Below are positions 18,012-26,615 of a DNA stretch of 64,000 nt, in pieces. The translations under genes were made by a program, and so were the position numbers. Numbering within the stretch: the first letter of the stretch is position 1; each line of letters begins with the position of its first letter. The notes below the pieces were generated by a model, which made no database searches, was not told where the DNA came from, and saw only the letters and a program-made list of their open reading frames with translations. Source of the stretch: an uncultured Acidimicrobiaceae bacterium (GTDB lineage Bacteria > Actinomycetota > Acidimicrobiia > Acidimicrobiales > Palsa-688); contig CAWHFG010000005.1 in assembly GCA_963828435.1 (NCBI GenBank), positions 746,604 to 810,603 of the forward strand, given 5' to 3'.

Positions 18012-19049
18012 TTGGCCGTGACCGTCAATGAGCCGCGCTGGCCTGTCGCCGTCAGCCCGTTCTCCGAAGCGCTGGTCGAGTTGGGCCGGCGGCGACCAGA
18101 CGTGGTCGTACTCACCGCCGACTTGATGCATTGGACCGACACGGCCGCTTTCGCGGCCGCCTTCCCTGATCGCTTCTTCAACCTCGGTATGGCCGAGCAA
18201 AACCTGGTGGGGGTCGGGGCCGGGATGGCGCGGAACGGGTGCTACCCGGTGATCGTCACGTACGGGGTCTTCGCGACCCGGCGGGCTTACGACCAGGTGG
18301 CGATGGGACTCTGCACCGGCTCGGTCAGTGCCCTTGTGGTCGGATTCCTCCCGGGGATCAGCAGCCAGTTCAAGGCGACCCACCAGGCCATCGATGACGT
18401 GGCGCTGATGAGGGTCCTGCCCGGCATGACGGTGGTGGATCCCGGCGACGCCGCAGAGCTCGTCGCCTTCACTCTCATGGCCCCGGAGCTGGCTGGGCCG
18501 TTATATCTCCGCGCCTCTCGCGGTCAGGTTCCGGTCCTTTTCTCGCCCGAGGCCACCTCGGCGACATCGGTCGCACGCCAGGCGACGGACGGCCATCAGG
18601 CGTGGGACTGGCGTACGGCTGCGGCGGGCTGGTGCCCCTCGACGCGGGTGGTGCGCGCTGGCCCGGACGCCGCCTTCGTGGCGTCGGGGCTGGCAACCGG
18701 ATGGGCGTTACAGGCGGCCGAAGCCCTGGAGTCGCAAGGGATCAACAGCGAGGTGCTCCACGTTCCCTACCTCAAGCCGTTCGCCGCTACCGCCATACAA
18801 CAACTGGCGCAGCGTCACTCCGTGGTTCACGTGGTGGAAAACCACTCCGTCATCGGCGGACTTGCCTCTGCCGTGTGTGAGACGGTGGCGACGCTCGGCT
18901 TGCCCGTGCGCGTCATCGCTCACGGTTTGCAGGACCGCTGGGGCGAGTACGGCAAGGTCGACTACAACCGGCGCCGGCTGGGTATGGACACCGCTTCGCT
19001 CTCGGAAGCGGTGACGGCGTCCCTCCACCGACCGGACGCGGAGAGATGA
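18012..19049 (+). CDS. transketolase-family protein, C-terminal (pyrimidine-binding + C-terminal domain) subunit
   Basis: FFNLGMAEQNLVGVGAGMARNG and ATHQAIDDVALMRVLPGMTVVDPGDAAE. The start is TTG 18012 or GTG 18018. Confidence 0.8.
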   Translation: MAVTVNEPRWPVAVSPFSEALVELGRRRPDVVVLTADLMHWTDTAAFAAAFPDRFFNLGMAEQNLVGVGAGMARNGCYPVIVTYGVFATRRAYDQVAMGLCTGSVSALVVGFLPGISSQFKATHQAIDDVALMRVLPGMTVVDPGDAAELVAFTLMAPELAGPLYLRASRGQVPVLFSPEATSATSVARQATDGHQAWDWRTAAAGWCPSTRVVRAGPDAAFVASGLATGWALQAAEALESQGINSEVLHVPYLKPFAATAIQQLAQRHSVVHVVENHSVIGGLASAVCETVATLGLPVRVIAHGLQDRWGEYGKVDYNRRRLGMDTASLSEAVTASLHRPDAER

Positions 19050-19869
19050 CCGCCGACGAGGTCAAGCAACTGGCCCAACAGGCCCGCCGATTGGTGGTTG
19101 AGATGTGCATGGGCACGGGTCAAGGCTACGCGGGTCAGGGGATGGAACTCGCCGATCTGCTGGCGTGCCTCTACGGTGCGGTCATGCGCAGGCGTCCGGA
19201 CGGCAGCTGGCAAGACCGTTTCGTACTCTCCACCGGCCATGCCGCCATCGGCCTGTTCGCCATACTGGGGGCGCTCGGGCGCTTCGACCGTCAGGAGCTC
19301 CTCTCCTACGGCACCGACGGCACCCGGATCGAGGAGAGTCCTCTGGCCGGGACCGAAGGCTTCGAGATTACGGGCGGGTCGCTCGGTCAGGGCCTATCCC
19401 AGGCACTCGGGATGGCCCTCGCCAGCCGCGCCAGGGGACGGACCAGCACATCTTCTGTGAGGTGTCCGACGGAGAGCTGCAAGAAGGGCAGGTCTGGGAG
19501 GCGATCATGGCGGCATCCCATTTCCACGTCGACAACCTGGTGCTCCTGGTCGACAACAACGACATGCAAGCTGATGGGCGCACCGCCGACATCATGGCGG
19601 TGGAGCCTGTCGACCGGCACCTGGCTGCGTTTGGCTGGTGGGTCAGGCGGGTCGACGGGCACGATACGCCGGTGCTGCTGGAGGCGCTCCGCGACGCCAC
19701 CGCGGTCCGGGGACAACCGGCTGCGCTGGTGTGCACGACCGTCCCCGGCAAGGGCTGCCCCACCCTGGAGGCCTATCGGAGGGTGCACTACATCCGCGCC
19801 GCTCCCACGGTGTGGGAGGCCGCCCTGGCCGAACTCGACGCCGCCGCCTCGTCGGTCAACCGGGGGTAA
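19046..19869 (+). pseudogene. transketolase-family N-terminal (ThDP-binding) subunit with one frameshift in a GGGG run (19434-19437)
   Basis: ATG 19046 overlaps the upstream stop (ATGA). Frame A reads ...LSTGHAAIGLFAILG...GSLGQGLSQALGMALASRARG. Frame B continues TDQHIFCEVSDGELQEGQVWEAIMAASHFHVDNLVLLVDNNDMQADG... to the stop at 19869. Adding one G restores ARGTDQ. Confidence 0.75.
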
Positions 19870-20019
19870 GGCGTTGGCGAGGCCGAGGATCCCCGTGGCC
19901 AGCGGCTTGCAGGTGTCTCGTCTGGAGGACTACTATACGTTGATATCAGCTATACCATTTAGCGACTTGCTGCGCTCGACCCGGATCCGGGGTTGGAGTC
20001 GGCGTCTGGGGGAGCAGTG

Positions 20020-21237
20020 ATGGCACAGGAGCGGCTGGGGTGTCCCGTGGTCGAGGATTTCGACTATGTCACGACAACAGGCGCGACTGAGCACATGGCG
20101 ATATTCGACACCCTCCGTAACCAGCATCCGGCGTTCTACAGCACCTTCGGTCGAGGCTTCCACGTGTTCACCTCGGCTGAGCTCCAACGTGACGCGCTCC
20201 AGAATCCCGGCGTGTTCTCGAGCACGGCCAACAACGTCCAGATGCCGGACCAGGTAATCCAACTCATCCCCGTCACCATGGACCCGCCCCGCCACACCGT
20301 CTGGCGGCATCTGCTCTCGCCGCACTTCTCCCCTGCCGCCGTGGAGGCGCTCGAACCCCGCGTCCGCGAGCGCTGCATCCAGATCATCGACGGCCTCGCC
20401 ACGAAGGGGACCTGCGATTTTATTGCTGACTTCGGGCGCGAGTTTCCTACCACCATCTTCATGGGCCTGATGGGGCTTCCTCTTGACGACGCCCAGCGTT
20501 TCATGGCCTGGGAGGACAAGATCCTGCACCGCACGAACGAGACCGACCCTGACGCGTCCGAAATGCTGAAGGCTCAGACGGAAGTTATGGCCTATTTCAC
20601 GGACCTGGTCGAGAAGCGACGGGTCGAGCCGGCTGACGACCTCGTCAGCGCCGCGCTCACGTGGACAATCGACGGCCAAAAGATCCCGGCTGATGATGTC
20701 CTGTCCATGTGCTTGCTCATGTTTATGGCGGGTCTCGACACGGTGACCGCGCAGCTCGGGTACTCGTTTCTGCATCTGGCCACCCACCCCGAAGATCGCC
20801 GACGCATCGTGGACGACCCCGCCATTATCCCGATGGCCGTGGAAGAGTTCCTTCGTTACTACGCCATCGTGTCGCCGGTGCGAAAGGTGGTAGATCAGGT
20901 GGACTTCCACGGCTTCACCCTGATGCCCGACGACATGGTCGCCCTGCCCCTCTGCGCGGCGGCACGGGATCCGCATGAGTTCGAGGATGCCCACCTCGTC
21001 GACTTCGATCGTCCGGCCAACCGCCACACCGCCTTCGGCGCCGGGCCCCACCGCTGCCTCGGCTCCCACCTGGCCCGCCGGGAGCTCCGCATCGCCTTCG
21101 AGGAGTGGCACAAACGGATTCCGGAGTACCAGCTCGCCCCCGACACGTCTACCGACGATCTGCACGAGGTGACGTCTGGCGTGCTCAGCTTCGACCGGCT
21201 CCCCCTGGTCTGGGCCGCGTCCCCGCAAACCGGGTGA
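20020..21237 (+). CDS. cytochrome P450
   Basis: Heme-thiolate loop FGAGPHRCLGSHLARRE, I-helix FMAGLDTV and an EEFLR (ExxR) motif. ATG 20020 follows GGGGGAG. Confidence 0.9.
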   Translation: MAQERLGCPVVEDFDYVTTTGATEHMAIFDTLRNQHPAFYSTFGRGFHVFTSAELQRDALQNPGVFSSTANNVQMPDQVIQLIPVTMDPPRHTVWRHLLSPHFSPAAVEALEPRVRERCIQIIDGLATKGTCDFIADFGREFPTTIFMGLMGLPLDDAQRFMAWEDKILHRTNETDPDASEMLKAQTEVMAYFTDLVEKRRVEPADDLVSAALTWTIDGQKIPADDVLSMCLLMFMAGLDTVTAQLGYSFLHLATHPEDRRRIVDDPAIIPMAVEEFLRYYAIVSPVRKVVDQVDFHGFTLMPDDMVALPLCAAARDPHEFEDAHLVDFDRPANRHTAFGAGPHRCLGSHLARRELRIAFEEWHKRIPEYQLAPDTSTDDLHEVTSGVLSFDRLPLVWAASPQTG

Positions 21238-21291
21238 GCACAGCACAATTATCGTTCAGTGAATTCGATTCCACGAGGAGAAAAAACAGGC

Positions 21292-22611
21292 ATGGTTCCC
21301 AGTAAGCGGGTGACGCACCGTGCGGCCGCGGTGCTGATCGTGGCAGGTCTGGTCCTGACGGCGTGCGGCAGCTCATCGAAGAGCTCCTCCCCAACCACCT
21401 CGGCCTCGTCGGGCGGGAGCGCCACGACGGGCTCGAGCGCCGGTAACAGCGCCAGCGCCCCCGGCGTCTCAGCGAGTACCATCAAGATCGGCTTCGTCAC
21501 GTCGGTCACCGGGAACGCCTCGTCCACCTTTGCGACCAGTGAGATCGGGGCCAAGGCCTATTTCGATGCCGTCAACAAGGCGGGCGGGGTCGACGGGCGG
21601 CAGATCCAGCTCGTCACCGCCGACGACACATCCAGCCCAACCGGGGCACTGGCCGCCACCCAGCTGCTCCTCAGCGAAGGGGTCTACGGCATCGTGGCCG
21701 ACAGCGCCTATTTCTTTGGTGCCTACAAGGTCACCACCCAGGCCGGCGTGCCGGTGACAGGTTCTGGATTCGACGGGCCGGAATGGGGCGAGCAGCCCAA
21801 CACCAATATGTTCAGCACCACCGGTGGGATCAACCCCGCCCATCCGGAGGTGCAATCGGCCGTTCCGCAACCTTCGCTCTTCAAGTCCATCGGCGTCAGT
21901 AACGTCGGCGGGCTGGCCTACGGCATCTCGCCCTCGTCGACCTCGGCCGTCAAGGACCTGAAGACGGCACTGGAGGATAACGGGCTCAAGATGGGTTACG
22001 AGAACCTGTCGGTGCCCTTCGGGACCACAGACGTGTCAGCCGACGTGCTGGCCATGAAAAATGCCGGAATCGATATGGCCGTGTGCTCCTGTGTGCAGTC
22101 CACGGTGCTGGCCATGGTGAGCGGGCTGGGCCAGTCGGGTTCGACGGCGAAGTCCTTGTCCGAAGCGTCTGCCGACTCTTCTCTGTTCGCTGACCCCACT
22201 GCCGCCCAGGCAGCCCAGGGTCTGTACTACACCAGCAGCACCCCGCCGCTGGATATCAACAATGCCGCTTCGAATACCTTCGAAGCGAACATCAAGGCGG
22301 TCGACCCCGGCTATGTCATGGGCACCTATCCCAGCTTCGGGATCACCGCGGCCTATCTGGGGTCCGTCCTCATGGTGGAGGGCCTCCAGGTGGCCGGCCA
22401 CAACCCCACCCGCCAATCCTTCATTACCAACCTGACCAAGGTTACCAACTGGGACGCCCTCGGGCTGCTTCCCCAGGGCGTCAGCTTCAACCATTTCGGC
22501 ACGTCGGAGCCGTCCTACTGCGCCTTCTACGTCAAGGTCTCGGGACAGCAATTCGTGGCCGTCAATGGCGGGAAGTCCTTCTGCGCCCCCCTGCCCGCCA
22601 ACCTGAAGTAG
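21292..22611 (+). CDS. ABC transporter substrate-binding lipoprotein (Leu/Ile/Val-binding-type fold), no cognate permease adjacent
   Basis: Signal peptide plus lipobox (LVLTAC), followed by a Ser/Gly/Thr-rich linker. Type-I periplasmic-binding pattern IKIGFVTSVTGNASS...AYFDAVNKAGGVDGRQIQLV. Confidence 0.75.
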   Translation: MVPSKRVTHRAAAVLIVAGLVLTACGSSSKSSSPTTSASSGGSATTGSSAGNSASAPGVSASTIKIGFVTSVTGNASSTFATSEIGAKAYFDAVNKAGGVDGRQIQLVTADDTSSPTGALAATQLLLSEGVYGIVADSAYFFGAYKVTTQAGVPVTGSGFDGPEWGEQPNTNMFSTTGGINPAHPEVQSAVPQPSLFKSIGVSNVGGLAYGISPSSTSAVKDLKTALEDNGLKMGYENLSVPFGTTDVSADVLAMKNAGIDMAVCSCVQSTVLAMVSGLGQSGSTAKSLSEASADSSLFADPTAAQAAQGLYYTSSTPPLDINNAASNTFEANIKAVDPGYVMGTYPSFGITAAYLGSVLMVEGLQVAGHNPTRQSFITNLTKVTNWDALGLLPQGVSFNHFGTSEPSYCAFYVKVSGQQFVAVNGGKSFCAPLPANLK

Positions 22612-22630
22612 GGACGGAGAGATTGGTAAC

Positions 22631-23398
22631 TCAGGCCCGGTGGCCCGAGGTGCTGTCTCCCGCCACGGCGCGGAGATTCCTCGGCCGGGCCAATCCCGAG
22701 AGGTCAGCACCGGCGAACTGTTGATTGAGTTCTCGGTAATGTTCCGCAGCCACGTCGGCGAAGTGGCTGGTATCTGACCGGATCCACTCCCGAATGATGA
22801 AACTGTGCGCTCGCAAGACAACCGATGCCAGCAGCAGGTCCGATGGGGTGGGCTCGCTATCGCCTCGCCGTCCCGCCAGTGCTCTGGCTGCCGTTGTGAC
22901 GCACAGGTCCAGATAATCACCAAGCCGGCCGCGGATAACCACCGAAGTTGAGCTCGCCTGCACCAGGAGGCGCTGGGTTCCCCGCTTACGCTCCATATCA
23001 CCGAAGCGGAGGTACCAGCGGGTCACGGCCTGTTCCAGAAGAAGGGCGTCCGAAAGGTCCGAGCGCTCCTCGAGGATCATGGCCTCGAGCATTTCCAGAT
23101 CTTCCGGAGGGAGGTCGACAATAGCGTCGGCCTTCACACTGAAATGCTTGAAAAAGCTCCGCTCCGTCACGTGGGCCGCTGCCGCGATCTGACGCGTCGT
23201 CGTCTCGTCATAGCCCTGGGTTGCAAACAGCGCCAGGGCCGCCTCCGACAGCCGGCGACGGGTCGTGGCCTTGTTTCGCACCCTTCCAGTGTGACCCGGC
23301 CGACCGTCGAGGGCCAGTTCTCCCGGGGGACGTCTCGCCCGAACCTCCGCAGGATGACATGGGATGCGTTGGAAGGCAGCCGATCCCCTGAGCTCCAT
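22631..23398 (-). CDS. TetR family transcriptional regulator (start uncertain)
   Basis: HTH region YDETTTRQIAAAAHVTERSFFKHFSVK. It is divergent from the second P450 gene. Confidence 0.7.
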   Translation of the reverse strand: MELRGSAAFQRIPCHPAEVRARRPPGELALDGRPGHTGRVRNKATTRRRLSEAALALFATQGYDETTTRQIAAAAHVTERSFFKHFSVKADAIVDLPPEDLEMLEAMILEERSDLSDALLLEQAVTRWYLRFGDMERKRGTQRLLVQASSTSVVIRGRLGDYLDLCVTTAARALAGRRGDSEPTPSDLLLASVVLRAHSFIIREWIRSDTSHFADVAAEHYRELNQQFAGADLSGLARPRNLRAVAGDSTSGHRA

Positions 23399-23586
23399 CC
23401 CGCCGCCCTGGCGCCCCGGCGACGGGCGACCACCCTGATTCAGCGCCGGCGTGGACAGACGGAAGGAGAGCGGTCGGAGAAGGTTCAGGCTACTGTACCC
23501 GGCGTGAGGACGTCGCGAACGGGCTCGTCAGCTGCTCGCCCCCGACGCCACCCGGCCATCGTCCTACTCCTGAGAGGGACTTCGAA

Positions 23587-24768
23587 ATGATCGATGACAC
23601 CGTTCCGGTTACCTCGCTGCACACCCATACCGGCGAGGGCGAGATGCTGTCGACCCTCGAGTTTGTGGACAGCCTCCGCGACCAGCACAACTTCTACTGG
23701 AGCGACCATGGTTGGTGGGTGCTCACCGAGATGGACGAGATACGTGAAGCCATGCAACGACCCGACATCTTTTCCAACCGTCTCGGCGGCGTCATCGACC
23801 CGAATCCGGACTACCTCTGGATTCCCGAGATGCTGGACCCGCCGGAACACACCAAATGGCGTCAACTCCTGGCCCCGGTCTTCTCTCCGGGACGGATGTC
23901 GCAGCTGGAAGACAAGGTTCGCCATCAGGCCGCGGCGTTGATCGACAGCATCGCCAACTCCGGTGGGTGTGACTTCAAAAGGGACTTCGCCGAACCCTAT
24001 CCGTGCACCATCTTCATGGAGCTCATGGGTCTGCCCCTCGAAGAGAGCAAGCAGTTCATGGATTGGGAGAACGCCATCCTGAATATGCCGGTCAGCGAGG
24101 ACCCGGATCACTCGATTTCCACGACCGCAATCCGCGACGTCATGCAGTACTTCTCCGATCTCATCGACGAACGTCGGGCATCTCCGCGGGATGATCTGGT
24201 GTCGACCGCGTTGACCTGGAAGATTGACGGCGTTCCAGTTGCAAGCGAGGATCTGCTCTCGCTGTGCTTGCTGATGTTTATGGCGGGACTTGATACCGTG
24301 ACCTGCCAGCTGGGTTGGGCGTTTTGGCATTTCGCCACCCACCCCGAGGATCGTCAACGAATCGTGGCTGATCCCGGCCTCGTTCCCGGTGCGATCGAGG
24401 AAATCCTCCGCGTGTATACGATTGTCCGGCCTGGCCGCAAGCTGACACGTGACATCGACTTCCACGGTTGTCCCATGAAGCAGGGCGACGTCCTACTTCT
24501 TCCCCTTAGCTCCGCCTGCCGTGATCCGAAAGCGTTCGCTGACCCTGATGAGGTGGTCATCGAGCGCCCGACAAACAACCACATTGCGTTCGGAGCAGGA
24601 CCGCACCGATGCGTCGGGTCGCACCTGGCCCGCCGGGAACTTCGCATCGCAGTCGAAGAGTGGCACAAGCGAATTCCCGACTACCGGATCCCCGAAGGGG
24701 TGGCGATTCACGAGTTCGGCGGCTCGCAGCTGGCGGTGGCCGATCTGCCGCTCGTCTGGGGCTCGTAA
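23587..24768 (+). CDS. cytochrome P450 (paralogue of 20020..21237)
   Basis: FGAGPHRCVGSHLARRE and FMAGLDTV. Long blocks are shared with the first P450, for example LCLLMFMAGLDTVT.QLG..F.H.ATHPEDR.RIV.DP. Confidence 0.9.
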   Translation: MIDDTVPVTSLHTHTGEGEMLSTLEFVDSLRDQHNFYWSDHGWWVLTEMDEIREAMQRPDIFSNRLGGVIDPNPDYLWIPEMLDPPEHTKWRQLLAPVFSPGRMSQLEDKVRHQAAALIDSIANSGGCDFKRDFAEPYPCTIFMELMGLPLEESKQFMDWENAILNMPVSEDPDHSISTTAIRDVMQYFSDLIDERRASPRDDLVSTALTWKIDGVPVASEDLLSLCLLMFMAGLDTVTCQLGWAFWHFATHPEDRQRIVADPGLVPGAIEEILRVYTIVRPGRKLTRDIDFHGCPMKQGDVLLLPLSSACRDPKAFADPDEVVIERPTNNHIAFGAGPHRCVGSHLARRELRIAVEEWHKRIPDYRIPEGVAIHEFGGSQLAVADLPLVWGS

Positions 24769-24824
24769 GACGCCGAGCCCAGGCCGACCAGCCTCGCCCG
24801 GCTTGACGGGCTCACCGAGTCTGC

Positions 24825-25757
24825 TCAGCGGGCTGGTCCGGTACCGACGTAGAGATCGACCACATCCGACACGTACCGGCCACCTTTGATGTCGCCGTCG
24901 GTTATCAGGCGGGGCTGGGCCAGAACGGCGCCGTCCTCGATCAGCGACAGCTGCAACGGCCGACCGCCCACCAGCTGTTCGGCCGGTGTCACGGTGGCGA
25001 CATAGTTGTCGTCACCTACGGCGGCTACCCAGGTGTTGAGGGTCGGGAACACACCGGCCAGGGCCAGGACCTGAAGCAACGGAGGGCCAACCTCGGTATG
25101 AGTCTGGGGACCGCCGGGACCTTCGAATGACACGGAGAGCGACTCGGCCGGGAGCCGAGCCAGCAGGGAGGCACTGAGCGTCACCTGCCGGGTACCGTCG
25201 ATGATTTCAACCGGACTTCCCGGCGACGGACTGGTGGTCGTGGCGGGGGCCGTCGCGATCCCGACGGTCACTTCCTTGACGCCGGAGACGTCCCGGATGG
25301 GGAATCGGTCGCCTGGCACCACCAGGGCCGGGCCAAAGGGAATGGGACGTCCGTTTTGAGTCAGCGCCAGCAAGGCCGGATGGTTCCCGAAATTGGGATC
25401 CAGCTCCCCGAGGGCAACAGTAACTGAGTCGCCCCCGACGGCCCGCACGGTGGCAGTGACGCGCAGGAGCTCATTTTTGCTGTTCAACAGGCTGGCAGGG
25501 TAGGCCGGCCCCGCGTCGGTGACCAGCGTCTCGAGCAACACGCCGGTGTCCGTGAGCTGGGTGGCACCCACCTTTACGGTGACCGTCGTCTGCGGAAGTG
25601 CGGCCAGCTGGCCCAGCGTGAAGACCGTCGGTGTGGTCACCTCGCCATCCACGGCCAGAGTGGGTGAAGGTGGCTGCCATTGGGCCCCCGCCGGGACGGC
25701 GCTGGCCAACGAGCCGAGGATGGTTGCGACCATCAAGACCAATAGCCAACGTCGCAT
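24825..25757 (-). CDS. secreted protein with an internal two-fold duplication (function unknown)
   Basis: N-terminal signal peptide MRRWLLVLMVATILGSLASAVPAGA. The two halves share one pattern: (V/I)..T.T.(L)..L..LP...(V)...G......G..L..(L)..AG..P... Confidence 0.55.
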   Translation of the reverse strand: MRRWLLVLMVATILGSLASAVPAGAQWQPPSPTLAVDGEVTTPTVFTLGQLAALPQTTVTVKVGATQLTDTGVLLETLVTDAGPAYPASLLNSKNELLRVTATVRAVGGDSVTVALGELDPNFGNHPALLALTQNGRPIPFGPALVVPGDRFPIRDVSGVKEVTVGIATAPATTTSPSPGSPVEIIDGTRQVTLSASLLARLPAESLSVSFEGPGGPQTHTEVGPPLLQVLALAGVFPTLNTWVAAVGDDNYVATVTPAEQLVGGRPLQLSLIEDGAVLAQPRLITDGDIKGGRYVSDVVDLYVGTGPAR

Positions 25758-26162
25758 CGCTCATAACCTCCATTTGATCACGCCCACGATGGGTGGCCGC
25801 GTGCGAGTTTATGGTCCGGGCAGACAAGATCAAACGAAAATTCTCGCCGAGGGGTGAAGAAGCGCCCAGTATCACGAGCCAGGAGACGGTCATAGTCTCG
25901 ACGCAACCACCGTATGCGGGGCCACCCGGAGGATGCGGGAACATCACAGTACGACCATCGCCGAATGGCGACGAACTTTTGCGCGTATTAGTCTCACTGC
26001 CACTACGTGACGGTTGTGATCCCGTCATGATCGGAGTGCTGGGCGTGACGGCAGGCAAGCGTGTACATCGGGTGGTGTCAGCCGGCTCCCACCGCGTGGA
26101 GTTCGGCGACGGCTACGCGCCGCGCTCGGGCACAACCACCGACGACGCTCCAGGCCGGCCCC

Positions 26163-26555
26163 GTGGCGACTGACAGCTACGTGGGCACGGTCGAATACCT
26201 GATTGACGAGGTGATCAGCGATCAAGTCCTGCCGTGTCGAGAGGCACTCGCACTGGGAGCACCCCCATGGTTTGTCCATCGTCTGGCCGCGGAAACCGAT
26301 GCAGAACTTATCCAAATGGCCGACGGGATGGATCTGGTGTTCGTGGCGGAGATGCCGGTTGTCGGGGTCGCTGTCCTCGACCGCCAGCCGCTGGGCCGGT
26401 TTGTGATCCAGGACCTGCTCGACGGCGGCTTGTATCGTCTCCCGTACTACTGCCATCCGGCGATCGAACCGGCTCGCTGGCAGTCATTGAGTCTCGCAGT
26501 CCAGGACGGTCTTCACGTCGAAGCCGCCCTCACCCTGGCCGCCCTGGAGCCATAG
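26163..26555 (+). CDS. hypothetical protein (start and frame upstream uncertain)
   Basis: This is the part of track ORF 26061..26555 with protein-like composition and mostly G/C third positions (SYVGTVEYLIDEVISDQVLPCREALALGAPPWFVHRL...). I recognised no family. Confidence 0.3.
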   Translation: MATDSYVGTVEYLIDEVISDQVLPCREALALGAPPWFVHRLAAETDAELIQMADGMDLVFVAEMPVVGVAVLDRQPLGRFVIQDLLDGGLYRLPYYCHPAIEPARWQSLSLAVQDGLHVEAALTLAALEP

Positions 26556-26615
26556 GTCCTGGCGCCCGCCACCTGGAACCGCCCTGGACCCGGGTTGGTA
26601 AGAAGCGGGCCGATC

